Origin: Macrostomum lignano
Lineage: Eukaryota
Direction: 5' to 3'
Length of the DNA stretch: 64,000 nucleotides
NCBI GenBank assembly: GCA_002269645.1
Contig: NIVC01001165.1
Span: 27,534-91,533 of the forward strand
Every line of letters begins with the position of its first letter. Position 1 is the first letter of the stretch. Shown in pieces: positions 1 through 28,213 of the stretch. The position numbers and the translations under genes were made by a program. Under the pieces are notes generated by a model, which saw nothing but the letters and a program-made list of their open reading frames with translations, had not been told where the DNA came from and made no database searches.

Positions 1-9
1 GTTAACTTT

Positions 10-219
10 TTGTGTGTGAATAGCTCCTTTGAATCTATATATGTGCGTGAATAGCTCCTGTGAATCTTTCTGTGTGCGTGAATAGCTCCTGTGAATCTAT
101 CTATGTGCGTGAATAGCTCCTGTGAATCTTTCTGTGTGCGTGAATAGCTCCTGTGAATCTTTCTGTGTGCGTGAATAGCTCCTGTGAATTCTGTGTGCGT
201 GAAAAGCTCCTGTGAATCT

Positions 220-257
<38 letters not shown>

Positions 258-300
258 AGCTCCTGTGAATCTTTCTGTGTGCGTGAATAGCTCCTGTGAA

Positions 301-339
<39 letters not shown>

Positions 340-379
340 AGCTCCTGTGAATTCTGTGTGCGTGAATAGCTCCTGTGAA

Positions 380-426
<47 letters not shown>

Positions 427-870
427 AGCTCCTGTGAATCTTTCTGTGTGCGTGAATAGCTCCTGTGAATCTATCTATGTGCGTGAATAGCTCCTGTGAA
501 TCTTTCTGTGTGCGTGAATAGCTCCTGTGAATTCTGTGTGCGTGAATAGCTCCTGTGAATCTTTCTGTGTGTGTGTGTGTGAATAGCTCCTGTGAATCTT
601 TCTGTGTGCGTGAATAGCTCCTGTGAATCTTTCTGTGTGCGTGAATAGCTCATGTAAATCCTTCTGTGTGCGTGTGAATAGCTCCTGTGAATCTTTCTGT
701 GTGCGTGAATAGCTCATGTGAATCCTTCTGTGTGCGTGTGAATAGCTCCTGTGAATCTTTCTGTGTGCGTGAATAGCTCCTGCGAATCTTTCTGTGTGCG
801 TGAATAGCTTATGTGAATCCTTCTGTGTGCGTGAATAGCTCATGTGAATCCTTCTGTGTGCGTGAACAGC
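10..870. repeat. 31-bp minisatellite with (GT)n expansions
   Basis: GTGAATAGCTCCTGTGAATCTTTCTGTGTGC tandem units. Confidence 0.95.
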
Positions 871-1041
871 TCTTATGAATATGTATGTGGACGCAAAGCC
901 CAAGCGTGAATGGCTCTATGGATTTTCCGTGTGCATGAGTAGATGATAAGTCCGTGTGAATAGCTCGATGCAAAAGGAGCAAACGCATGCATTTTAACTG
1001 ACTCATCGCCGAGGCGCCGTGTCCGCCACCACCCCTCGCAG

Positions 1042-17214
<16,173 letters not shown>

Positions 17215-17229
17215 GAGCTGCGGCTGACC

Positions 17230-17645
17230 CACCGCCTGACTCACTGACCCCTGTCTGACTCACCGACTGATCCCGGCCTGACTCACTGACCCAGTCTGAC
17301 TCATCAGCTGACCCAGTCTGACTCATCAGCTGACCCAGTCTGACTCATCAGCTGACCCAGTCTGACTCATCAGCTGACCCAGTCTGACTCATCAGCTGAC
17401 CCAGTCTGACTCATCAGCTGACCCAGTCTGACTCATCAGCTGACCCAGTCTGACTCATCAGCTGACCCAGCCTGACTCATCAGCTGACCCAGTCTGACTC
17501 ATCAGCTGACCCAGTCTGACTCATCAGCTGACCCAGCCTGACTCATCAGCTGACCTAGTCTGACTCATCAGCTGACCCAGCCTGACTCACTGATCGACCC
17601 ATGTTTGACAAACCGACTCAATCCGGTCTGACTCATCAGCTGACT
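17230..17645. repeat. 22-bp minisatellite downstream of the integrin stop
   Basis: TGACTCATCAGCTGACCCAGTC x ~13 plus degenerate flanks. Confidence 0.95.
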
Positions 17646-17870
17646 TCCCAGCTTCACCTGAGCTAATTAGGTCAGCCGCCGTCGGTGACGCAGCCAGTCG
17701 CGGCCTCATCAATGTCAGCCAATTAGTTTTTCAGATGAAATTCTACATTTGAATGCAGTTCAAATCGCATCAGTTTCAGTCAGTCAAGTGCAAATGCAAA
17801 CTTTCCTAGTGCTTATTACACATTACCGGCTCTTTCCATATTAATATTAATTTATTATAATCTATATATA

Positions 17871-17876
17871 AATAAA
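17871..17876 (+). promoter_or_regulatory. Putative polyadenylation signal of the integrin gene
   Basis: AATAAA in an AT-rich context ~660 nt after the stop codon. Confidence 0.5.
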
Positions 17877-18509
17877 GCTGCTGCTTCTGTGGAGAACAGC
17901 AACTCCGCTAGCGCTTGCTGCTTTCGCTGCATTTCCCGCTCTCTTCTGATAGCTTTTAATTCCAAGTCTGCGCAGTCCCAGTCACGTTTAGCACAATTTC
18001 ATGTGGTTTTTTTGTGTGAAATGCTATTTTTACAGGTATTCTGTGGGCCTATGTGCCTACAGTACTACTTGTAGCCGATTGTGTGAGTAGTAGTATTATT
18101 TGCTAAATTCATGCCAAACTAATCTAAAGCAGTACCTGCCGCTTCTTTGCACTGTCCGCTTCGCACAGTCCCGAGCAGCAAATTGAGCTCAGCGCTTTGG
18201 CGGCTGAGAGAGCCGGCTTGAGCAGCTAAATTGGTGAAATCAGTCAGCTGTTTGCATGCCAATAGAGTCCCGAGTCAGGTCCCATCTAGCCTGTGCAATA
18301 TCAACCATGTGCTCGATTGTTTTGCATTCAATTTTTTAATTTGCTTGTTTTTAGTCTGGCCCAGCGGCCTCAAACTGTGCTGTTGCTTTCCCTTGCCCGC
18401 CTTCTTGGATAAATTTATCCTTAGTAGCAATACTGTGCTGTTGTGCTGATTGCAGTAATGCGTCTGCAATACTCCATGCCGATCCTTCAGATTCTAAACT
18501 CATCTCTTC

Positions 18510-18618
18510 TCATCTGTCTGTCTGTATGCCTGCCTGCCTGCCTGCCTGTCTATCTGTCTGTCTGTCTGCCTGCCTGTCTGTCTGTCTGCCTGCCTGCCTG
18601 CCTGCCTGTCTGCCTGCC

Positions 18619-18651
<33 letters not shown>

Positions 18652-18785
18652 GCCTGCCTGCCTGTCTATCTGTCTGCCTGCCTGCCTGCCTGCCTGTCTG
18701 TCTGCCTGCCTGCCTGCCTGCCTGTCTGCCTGCCTGCCTGCCTGCCTGCCTGTCTGTCTGTCTGCCTGCCTGCCTGCCTATCTGT

Positions 18786-18822
<37 letters not shown>

Positions 18823-18922
18823 TGTCTGCCTGCCTGTCTGTCTGCCTGCCTGTCTGTCTGCCTGTCTGTCTGCCTGCCTGTCTGTCTGCCTGCCTGCCTG
18901 CCTGCCTGCCTGTCTGCCTGCC

Positions 18923-18957
<35 letters not shown>

Positions 18958-19110
18958 GTGTCTGTCTGTCTGTCTGTCTGTCTGCCTGCCTGCCTGCCTG
19001 TCTGTCTGTCTGTCTGTGTGCCTGTCTGTCTGTCTGTCTGTCTGTCTGTCTGCCTGCCTGCCTGTCTGTCTGTCTGTCTGTCTGTGTGCCTGTCTGTCTG
19101 TCTGTCTGTG

Positions 19111-19145
<35 letters not shown>

Positions 19146-19235
19146 GTCTGCCTGTCTGTCTGTCTGTCTGTCTTTCTGTCTGTCTGTCTGTCTGTCTGTG
19201 TCTGTCTGTCTGTCTGTGTGTCTATCTCTCTGCCT
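18510..19235. repeat. (CTGT/CTGC)n microsatellite
   Basis: Direct inspection. Confidence 0.97.
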
Positions 19236-20074
19236 CCCATATCACTTTCATGATTCTATTTGCAGAATGAATAGCAATTTTACAACCAATAATTCAATCA
19301 AAGTTACTTGTGCTAAAGTGCGCAAAAGTCACCGCAGTGTTAATTGTGCCGTGCAATTTCAATACAGAAGCATTGTCGGCTGCTTGTATTTATTTTATTT
19401 TAAAATTAAGGAGCGCAGTGTACTCAATAGTGATTGGCATGCACCAGCTTTCACAGCGGCATTCCAGTGTTGACATGTGCAGACAAATGGTCCCTCTGTA
19501 TTCCCGTGTGCTGCTCCTGGCCCTGTGGCTTCTGTCTGTGTTGCTGAATGAATTTGATTCATTTTGTAAATCATTTTATAAACTAAGCATGTATTTGTTT
19601 AGGACCTGTTTTTTAATATCTAAGATGGAAAATGTGAAAATGTGAAATATGTCACTTGAATAGTTATTGCTTTTGCAGCATTCAGTTACATGTAAAATAT
19701 TTTATCAATGCCAATTGTGCTTGCAGTTATAACATATGCATATATAATTATGTAATTATACCGGCACTGTTCGGCTTTTCAACCTACTCCAGCCTTGTGC
19801 AGGCTCCGTGTCTGTCTGTACATTCTATTCGCGGAATACATGGCATGAGACTGTGCTGCTTGCTGCCTCAAACTTTGATTTTATTCTATTCGACAGCCAC
19901 TGTTTGGGTAATAAATATTGCTCAAGTGTGCCACCGCTTTGCTGAGTTGTTGTGTAGATTTTTCTACTTCAGATCGATCGTATCGTCAGGGTAGACGGGG
20001 TTGAATGGATTGCTAGTCTAGCCCATGAGTACATGTGAGGAGCACCTGAACTTCCCGCTAAATAGTATAGCTTT

Positions 20075-20135
20075 TCTGTCTGTCTGTCTGCCTGTCTGTC
20101 TGTCTGCCTGTCTGTCTGTCTGTCTGCCTGCCTGT

Positions 20136-20180
<45 letters not shown>

Positions 20181-20336
20181 TGCCTGCCTGCCTGCCTGCC
20201 TGCCAGCCTGCCTGTCTGTCTGCCTGCCTGTCTGTCTGTCTGCCTGCCTGCCTGCCTGTCTGTCTGCCTGCCTGTCTGTCTGCCTGCCTGCCTGTCTGCC
20301 TGTCTGCCTGTCTGTCTGTCTGTCTGTCTGTCTGTG

Positions 20337-20368
<32 letters not shown>

Positions 20369-20510
20369 AGTGTCTGTCTGCCTGCCTGCCTGCTTGTCTG
20401 CCTGTCTGCCTGCCTGTCTGCCTGTCTGCCTGCCTGCCTGCCTGTCTGCCTGCCTGCCTGCCTGCCTGCCTGTCTGCCTGCCTGCCTGCCTGCCTGCCTG
20501 TCTGTCTGCC

Positions 20511-20571
<61 letters not shown>

Positions 20572-20575
20572 CTTT
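20075..20575. repeat. (CTGT/CTGC)n microsatellite
   Basis: Direct inspection. Confidence 0.97.
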
Positions 20576-21885
20576 CTGTGTAACAAGCCGGCAGTGAACT
20601 GATGCATGTCAATTCTTCGGGATTTTTGTTTGAGAAAAAATGATTAGGAGTCTGGGTACATCAGAGAGTCATGCAATGACGCTGTGGCCCCTAACATAGC
20701 TTAATCTCCCTAAGTGTTGACTAAGGATTGCGGTCGCGGGATTCCTTGATTATGAACTACGAGCGTATAAGCTTGCATATTAATATTGTACAGGTGCAAC
20801 TTATCATTACAAAGAGACCGAGAGAAAGTGAACTTTACAATGAGATCCTTTTGAAATCTAGGAGTATAAAGTAAGGATGGATTGCACGATTGGCGGCATG
20901 ATTCAGCAAAACAACTCAGCCGCTTCTAACTCGCCCGTACTGACTTGCATGAGCAGACATATGAAGAAATTAAATTCAGCCAATCAGAGGCGGCAAGGGG
21001 TTGTGCAAAATTCAGCTTGTGGTCTGCGTGACTTGCGGGGCTTAAATTAGGGGTGGTGGGTGTGACAGCACGCAGTGAAACGGCACGGTTGGACGGCTTA
21101 TCATCCCATATCCCTAACCCTTATCTTGAATCTGATTGGCTGAAAAAACTGCAGTCCGTTGAGCATGCTGTGTGACATTTTCCATTTAGCCCGACTGGCC
21201 TCAGAACCGAAGTAAGCCGAACTTCTGTGGAACTGGATTGCACTGTATGGCAAATTCACGCCATTTAAATCCAGCCCGGCCCCCATAAATAGGGCCGCTC
21301 TCAGTTCCCACACCAACTGGAGACAGAGACTGCCCTGGCGGCAGGCTGGTCCGGGGCATTGGGCCACGAACGACCGCCTTTTTCTACACTCTGTGTGGCC
21401 TGATGGCTGGGTCACGGAGAGCTCCGAGTAGAGACATGCTCAGCTGTTTCTTCCCTAAATCCCCGACCCAGCAAGACCCGCCTGACTACACTGTGGGAGG
21501 GCGCAAGGCCTAGCGAAGTCTATTATCGCCAAAGACCGCACTACTAGCGCGGCAAGGTCCTTAACCTGTTCAAGGCGCCTGGGCCCGGCGATGCATCTAC
21601 CCAGAGTTCTTCCACGGGGCCGTGAAAAAGCATCAATTGGACCTCCTTGGGCTATGTACCAGTTGCATGGAGAGAGGCCTGAGTGGTCTTGTATCCTGAG
21701 GTGAAAAGAAATTTACTTTTAATAGAATTCGCATTTTACCAGGCTAATTTTTTCAATTTTCAACTACAGTGTCGCGAGACACCGTTTTCGCTCGCCAAAA
21801 TTACTCGAAGTATCCAGAGGATTGAAATCAAATGTTCAAGTTTTAAACCTGCAACGCATAAAATTATCAACTACGAGCGTATTAG

Positions 21886-22362
21886 GTCGTATGAATAAAC
21901 TGAGCAAATGCTCTGAGTCCGAGCAAATGCAACAATTCAGTATGAATAAGCAAAAAACTCAGACTCAGAGTAATTGCTCAGCCGCTTGAGCAGCAGCTTG
22001 ACTGCTTTAGGCTTGAGTTCACTTGAATCTTGACCATAGACTAGGACTTCCATGTGAAAAGAAGAGCCTGATTAAAGCAATAGCAAGAGATTTCTTACAA
22101 GAGAAAAAATGGAAACAGTGGCTTTTACCGGCTGAGTCAGCTTTAGAGCTGCCTCAGCGTTTTTTGAGCAAATGCTCCGCTCTTTTGTCTATGACCATGT
22201 TTTTATTCTTACTGACTGGAGCAATTGCTCTGCAGCCGAGAACTTTCTCAGGAATCTGAGAAAATACTCTGGAGTATTTGCCTCTGAGTAAGAGCTCAGC
22301 TTATTCTTACTGACCTGAGCATTTGCTTGAGTTTGAGCATTTGCTTAGTTTATTCATACGGA
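21886..22362. mobile_element. MITE (~480 bp) with TIRs and a possible TAG TSD
   Basis: CGTATGAATAAACT(G/A)AGCAAATGCTC at both ends in inverted orientation (one mismatch); TAG flanks both sides. Confidence 0.7.
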
Positions 22363-22662
22363 TAGATAGAGTCAATTATTTTTATTCAAAGAAGATCGCT
22401 ATAAATGCAGAATTTTTAGGCAAGGGTGTCGCGGCTACGCGGGCGGCGCGCGCGATTGGTTTATACAGATGTGTCCAGATCGAGAGGATTGTATGTCCAA
22501 GAAAAGCAGCGCCCCTACAAGTACGGCCAGCAGTCCCTATTGGTTGTCTCTCCTTATGAAGATGAATTAAAGTTTTACAGGCCGTCAGTCTCCTACAAGA
22601 CTGAAATCGAGACACCCGATACTGCCCTGCACTGCACTGTTAAAAACAGATTTTAAGCGACC

Positions 22663-23868
22663 ATGCGACCTCTACTCGGCGCCTGTCGAGTCAAGCCACT
22701 TAAAATAGGGATTTTTGTAGGCGCCATGGCAATGGGAGCAGCCCTCTCCTTCCTGCTGTGCAGCCTGCAGCTGACGCACTCCAACGCGGTCATTGGAATG
22801 ACTCACATTTCGCCGCCCACCGGACCTCCAGCCTTGGTGGAGGGGAAAGAGCTGATTCCACCGAACATTTACACCGGGCAAAACGGCGCCTTTCAGAGGC
22901 ACTACGACCGGCTGGTCCGCGGCATGCGCGAGTCGCTGTACCGCTTCGACAGGCCCGGCCTGCTGCTGCCGCTCATGCGGCTCTCCAAAGCCGAGAGGAG
23001 CCGCTCGCGCCGAGCAGCGGCCGGCAGGGCGTGGCTCCGCAGCCAGTCGGCGGTGGTGGCAGCCACCGTACGCAACGGCATGGACGGCCTGCCGAGCACC
23101 ATGCACAATGTCCAGCGCCTCAGAGCTCTGTTCAACGATTCCTGGCTGGTGCTGGTCGAGAACGACTCGACGGACTCGACTCGCAGCTTCCTGTACAACA
23201 TGACGCTGACCGACCCGAATGTGCGGCTGCTGGGCTGCGGCCGGGACGTCAACTTCCCGCTGCCGTGCGAAATCAACGTCCGCTACGGCAGCGGCCGCCA
23301 GCACCTGCCAGGTGTCGAAATAAACCGCACCTTCTCCGAGGAGGTCGAGCGCGGCCTGATCATGTCCGCCCTCCGCAACCTGTACCTGGACTACATCTAC
23401 GAGCACCTGGCCGACCGGGCATCGCTCCTGCTGATCGTGGACCCGGACATCACCTGGCAGGACTGGGATCTGGACAGCATCGCCCAGGGACTTTACTACA
23501 TGTATTTTGCGGCCAAGCCCAAGCTGCAGCAGCTGTGCGCCCACACTACTCAGGACAGCCACCTCTACGACCCGTGCACGCTGAGCTTCCACCTGAACAA
23601 GCGCTTCGGCGAGGACACCAAGTACCCGGTGGTCAGCTACGAGAGATCGCTTCGGGACGCACCGCGCAGCCTGCCGCCGGTGAAGGTGGAGAGCTGCTTC
23701 CAGGCCGTGTCGTTCTACCGGATGTCGGCTCTGGCGGCCCGCAGGCTGCGCTATCGACGCAGTCCAGGAGAGTGGATTTGCGAGCACAACACGCTCTCCC
23801 GGCAGCTGGACGAGGTGTACATCGACCCGCAGATGCGGCTGCGAGTCACGTCAGGAAATATTGGCTGA
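22663..23868 (+). CDS. Intronless type II membrane glycosyltransferase, GT-A-like fold (401 aa)
   Basis: Single GC3-rich ORF with ATG. N-terminal TM (IGIFVGAMAMGAALSFLLCSL) and stem, then VVAATVRN, VLVENDSTDST, LRNLYL, LLIVDPD (DxD), VESCFQAVSFY and CEH motifs. Exact family not confirmed. Confidence 0.8.
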   Translation: MRPLLGACRVKPLKIGIFVGAMAMGAALSFLLCSLQLTHSNAVIGMTHISPPTGPPALVEGKELIPPNIYTGQNGAFQRHYDRLVRGMRESLYRFDRPGLLLPLMRLSKAERSRSRRAAAGRAWLRSQSAVVAATVRNGMDGLPSTMHNVQRLRALFNDSWLVLVENDSTDSTRSFLYNMTLTDPNVRLLGCGRDVNFPLPCEINVRYGSGRQHLPGVEINRTFSEEVERGLIMSALRNLYLDYIYEHLADRASLLLIVDPDITWQDWDLDSIAQGLYYMYFAAKPKLQQLCAHTTQDSHLYDPCTLSFHLNKRFGEDTKYPVVSYERSLRDAPRSLPPVKVESCFQAVSFYRMSALAARRLRYRRSPGEWICEHNTLSRQLDEVYIDPQMRLRVTSGNIG

Positions 23869-24888
23869 TGGTGCTGGCGGACACTCGCAGATGTACTTTT
23901 AAAACCGCGAGTCTCGTAGGGAAGTGTAGCTTTGGGCAGTCTACGTTTTTCTTTATAAATTTTTTCCCACTCGTCGGAATAATCCCTCCAGAAATCCAAC
24001 CGCACTCAATATTCTCAAGATTCTTGATATTATCAATATAAACCAGTTAGCATTATCTATTGCTGTTTGGTATCAACGAAGCTTTGTTAAATCATTAAAC
24101 ATCAAATTTTGACGCAATCTTATTTCACATCTTAAAATTTCATCCAACTGACTTTATGAATGATCCAGATTTCTTACCCAGACCCCCAAGTTTCGCGGCA
24201 GGCTGTTTTCATTCACTCTGAAGTTGCATTCGAGTGTAAGCAGCTTGGTAGGCAATGTGTGAGCATCGCATTTACACAGCTCAATTATTTGCTGTTGATG
24301 GACAAAATGGCTGCCAGCCGCTGTAACCGTTTCCCTTGATCGTGACGATGCGCATATTTTTCACGCGGCTGCGGTGGCAGTGTCACTAATAACTTCTCTG
24401 TTGTCATTCTATTGAGATTCCTGAGGTGCTGTGTGAGTCTGCAGTATTTAATCAGTCAAATAGTTACATCTGTAGTAGAATTTCACTGATTGTGTGCTTA
24501 TCTACGTGGAGGTCGCCACTGAGCGTTCAAGCACAAATATGCAGAAACGGAGTGATAGATTGTCTGCAGTGTTAGACATTTGTCTGGTTCAGTCGATGCC
24601 TAGAAATGCACTAGAAATGCATGGTCTTGAGACAACAGTGAAGTGACAATGTGAGGCATTTTATGAATTTTGGAATTTTACTGTTTTCGAGTATGTGAAC
24701 TTTCGCAAGGACCACTGTAGTATATGATGTTCTCTTGGAGCAAGAAAGCATGTTGTTTTTGCATGCAACTTTATAGTTTCTGTTGATTTTCAACTTCGTG
24801 CGCACTCGTCATTCATTGAAGCTTTTGGACATGACAGTTAATATTTAATTACACTATTTTACCTCCTGCAAGCTCAAAAAAATAAATA

Positions 24889-25143
24889 TGGTATATATTC
24901 CCCATTTATACCAGTGCTAGGGCAATAAATGGTATATATTCCCCATTTATACCAGTGCTAAGGCAATAAATGGTATATATTCCCCATTTATACCAGTGCT
25001 AAGGCAATAAATGGTATATATTCCCCATTTATACCAGTGCTAAGGCAATAAATGCCTGAGTGACTGAGCGAAGCCGAGGTCAATAAGCGAGGCACTCAAG
25101 CATTTTTGCCCTAGACACTTGGTATTAACGGGGAATATGTATT
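24889..25143. repeat. Palindromic element whose left arm is tandemly amplified (4 x 41 bp)
   Basis: ATGGTATATATTCCCCATTTATACCAGTGCTAAGGCAATAA x4, a central GAGCGAAGCCGAGGTC loop, then an inverted single copy at 25092-25143. Confidence 0.7.
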
Positions 25144-25951
25144 TAATCTCTCCCGTATTCATTTATCTGTGGCCTCTATCTGAAACAAGTTCTCAGTCGT
25201 TCAGGCCATAGACGAATGAATAAACGGGAGAGATATTATTTTTCCACAACTTGGCTCGGTCTAAATAAATATTTCTTCGTCCCGGACAAATAAATGCTTC
25301 AACACTAGACCATAGACTTATTTGACCGGGACAAGTGGGGGATAAACCGTTTATCTGCACCGATGCAAATAAATGAAATTTACACTGAGACCACAGACGT
25401 TCGCCCGGAGCAAGTGGGGGATACATAAGCAGAACTTCAATTCAAACGAAGTCCCTTTCTATTGAAACAGATGAAATTTAATTCAGACTGTCTGTGGCCA
25501 AAACTGTATCCGAGTGACGCGCTTTGAAATTCAAAAGAAGAAAAGGTTAAATTCTATTTCGAAAAAGAGATGAGACACAACATGTCAACGAACATAAGAA
25601 TAAAATGTAGAACAGGAATAAGTCAGTACCAGCAGGTATCACAGCCATCCCACCTAAAAAGTGGAACGCACCCCGTGAGCTGCTTCCTCTGGCGGCTTAC
25701 AAATCAAAGGGATTCATTAATAGTACGAGCTGCTTCTTGAGTCCTTAAGGACTACCCGTGGTCCTTGCTTTGTCAGAGTGAAATAACGGTGCACGCAGTA
25801 CATACGAGTACATGTACATTTGAGATTGACGATAGCAGGTGCTGCCAACATGTGACGTGACTCAGTCAAATTTCATGACCAGCCTAGAGTCATCTGGTCA
25901 GGGGTTTCGTGTGCAAGTTCACCTGCGCTGCACCAATCACTGATCGGCGGG

Positions 25952-26756
25952 GCATGCCACACAGCTCCCCCAGCACCGAGCTGCATGCCACACAGCTCCC
26001 CCAGCACCGAGCTGCATGCCACACAGCTCCCCCAGCACCGAGCTGCATGCCACACAGCTCCCCCAGCACCGAGCTGCATGCCACACAGCTCCCCCAGCAC
26101 CGAGCTGCATGCCACACAGCTCCCCCAGCACCCTGCTGCATGCCACACAGCTCCCCAGCACCGAGCTGCATGCCACACAGCTCCCCAGCACCGAGCTGCA
26201 TGCCACACAGCTCCCCCAGCACCGAGCTGCATGCCACACAGCTCCCCCAGCACCCTGCTGCATGCAACACAGCTCCCCCCAGCACCCTGCTGCATGCCAC
26301 ACAGCTCCCCCAGCACCGAGCTGCATGCCACACAGCTCCCCCAGCACCCTGCTGCATGCCACACAGCTCCCCCAGCACCGAGCTGCATGCCACACAGCTC
26401 CCCCAGCACCGAGCTGCATGCCACACAGCTCCCCCAGCACCCTGCTGCATGCCACACAGCTCCCCCAGCACCGAGCTGCATGCCACACAGCTCCCCCAGC
26501 ACCGAGCTGCATGCCACACAGCTCCCCCAGCACCGAGCTGCATGCCACACAGCTCCCCCAGCACCCTGCTGCATGCCACACAGCTCCCCCAGCACCGAGC
26601 TGCATGCCACATAGCTCCCCCAGCACCCTTCTGCATGCCACACAGCTCCCCCAGCACCCTGCTGCATGCCACACAGCTCCCCCAGCACCGAGCTGCATGC
26701 CACATAGCTCCCCCAGCACCCTGCTGCATGCCACACAGCTCCCCAGCACCGAGCTG
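25952..26756. repeat. 31-bp GC-rich minisatellite
   Basis: CACAGCTCCCCCAGCACCGAGCTGCATGCCA x ~26, with a CCCTG variant. Confidence 0.97.
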
Positions 26757-27667
26757 CGCGCTGATCGAGGTGGCGGTGCAGACTGCGAGATGTGCGAGCC
26801 GCGACGGTGGCAGTAATTTACGTGCTGAGGTGACCGGGTGGACTGAGACGGCAGGGGAAGCTGCGGGGCGCCGAACGAGCACGAAAGCGGCCGCCCATGC
26901 AGACAACTGAATTTTTCTCTTGAAGAATAACTTTCGTGATCGCTCTGCGATGCAGGACCTGACAGATTTTCTGTAGCAATTTTGATTTTAATGCGTATAA
27001 TTTTGATAGTTTTTATGCGTTCTAAGATTTAAAATTACATGTACGCTTGCATTACCAAGCAACGAACTTCCTTTAAGCAGTTCATAATGTATTTTATTAC
27101 AGCCCAATTCCTTTTCCCTTCAGATTTATTTCATACTGTCCTACTTTTTCAGATGAGCTTTCAACTGAGGAGAGTTCTCAGCTCGTACAGGTAGTCTTTG
27201 TTACAGAATTTAGTCAAACCGACCGAGAAGAATAAGAGTCCGCAAAGTACTTTGTGCACACTCCGAAAGTATACGGTCAAAACAACATGAAGCATCAACC
27301 AGCAGCGGTACTGAGGAAATTGCTGAGTGATGTGGATGAGTCACATCAAACTGCGTCTTGTGATGACAGCAAAATATTAGCAAGCTTTTTATACTTGTCA
27401 TAGAGAATTAGATTAAATATTTCATAGTCAGGAGGTGAGAGCTAACGAGATTTTTCCAACGCCAAAAAAGAAAAAAAGATGGCTTTAGTAGGTTATGCGA
27501 CATCGACACCAAAAACTGTCTTCCAACGATCTGAGCCGCAAGTCATGGGTGCCCAGCACTGCCTAAACCGATCGGGGTTGAGAAAGTAGAGGAGAAAGTA
27601 GACAGACATGAAAGCAGTTTCAGTTTCCGGAACAATGCATGCACCAATGCCCGGCTCTGCAGGAGAT

Positions 27668-28213
27668 TCAGGCCATGCACACGGCGCAGCAGACCAGCCC
27701 GCAGCAGACGCACACCGCGACAACCAGAGTGGCGACGATGAGCGCCAGCCGGATGAACACCATCACCAGGGCGAACAGATACAGATTCGGGTTGCAGTAC
27801 TGCGAACTAGAGGAGTCCGCGCTCACGTTGCCGCGCACATGCAGAACCCAGTACATGCCGATGATCATCCAGATGAAGGCGAACAGAGTCAGGAGGCTGC
27901 GGATGCCGGACCAGCACTTCTCACCGGCGCTCTGCTGGTTCATCTCCTCCATGCCGCCCTGCAGCCGGTCGCTTTCGCCGCCTTCGTTTGCCGATGCGTC
28001 GCGCGACTTCTTGTGCGTCTTGTGCGCGTCCGAGCCGTTGGTCAGCGCCAGGATCACCCCAACGCCGCCGCTGACAACCAGGTAAATGGGAATGTAGTGC
28101 TCTATAGGGCAGCGGTTGAAATACATCGCGCCCATGACGATCTCGGCTATGCTGAGGCAGAAGGACACGATGGCCAGAAAGGCCATGCAGACCACCATGC
28201 AGATGGCGCCCAT
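27668..28213 (-). CDS. TMEM272-like four-TM membrane protein (181 aa), intronless CDS
   Basis: aaaATGG start; CPIEHYIPIYLVVSGG, LFAFIWMIIGMYWV and YCNPNLYLFA match the TMEM272-family pattern as I recall it; 4 hydrophobic segments; Cys-rich C-terminus. Confidence 0.8.
   Translation of the reverse strand: MGAICMVVCMAFLAIVSFCLSIAEIVMGAMYFNRCPIEHYIPIYLVVSGGVGVILALTNGSDAHKTHKKSRDASANEGGESDRLQGGMEEMNQQSAGEKCWSGIRSLLTLFAFIWMIIGMYWVLHVRGNVSADSSSSQYCNPNLYLFALVMVFIRLALIVATLVVAVCVCCGLVCCAVCMA

Noticed and set aside
22672-24041. Long overlapping ORFs (371 aa minus, 427 aa plus) on the glycosyltransferase
   Set aside because: Shadow frames caused by high GC3. Only the 22663 frame has an ATG, a TM segment and motifs.
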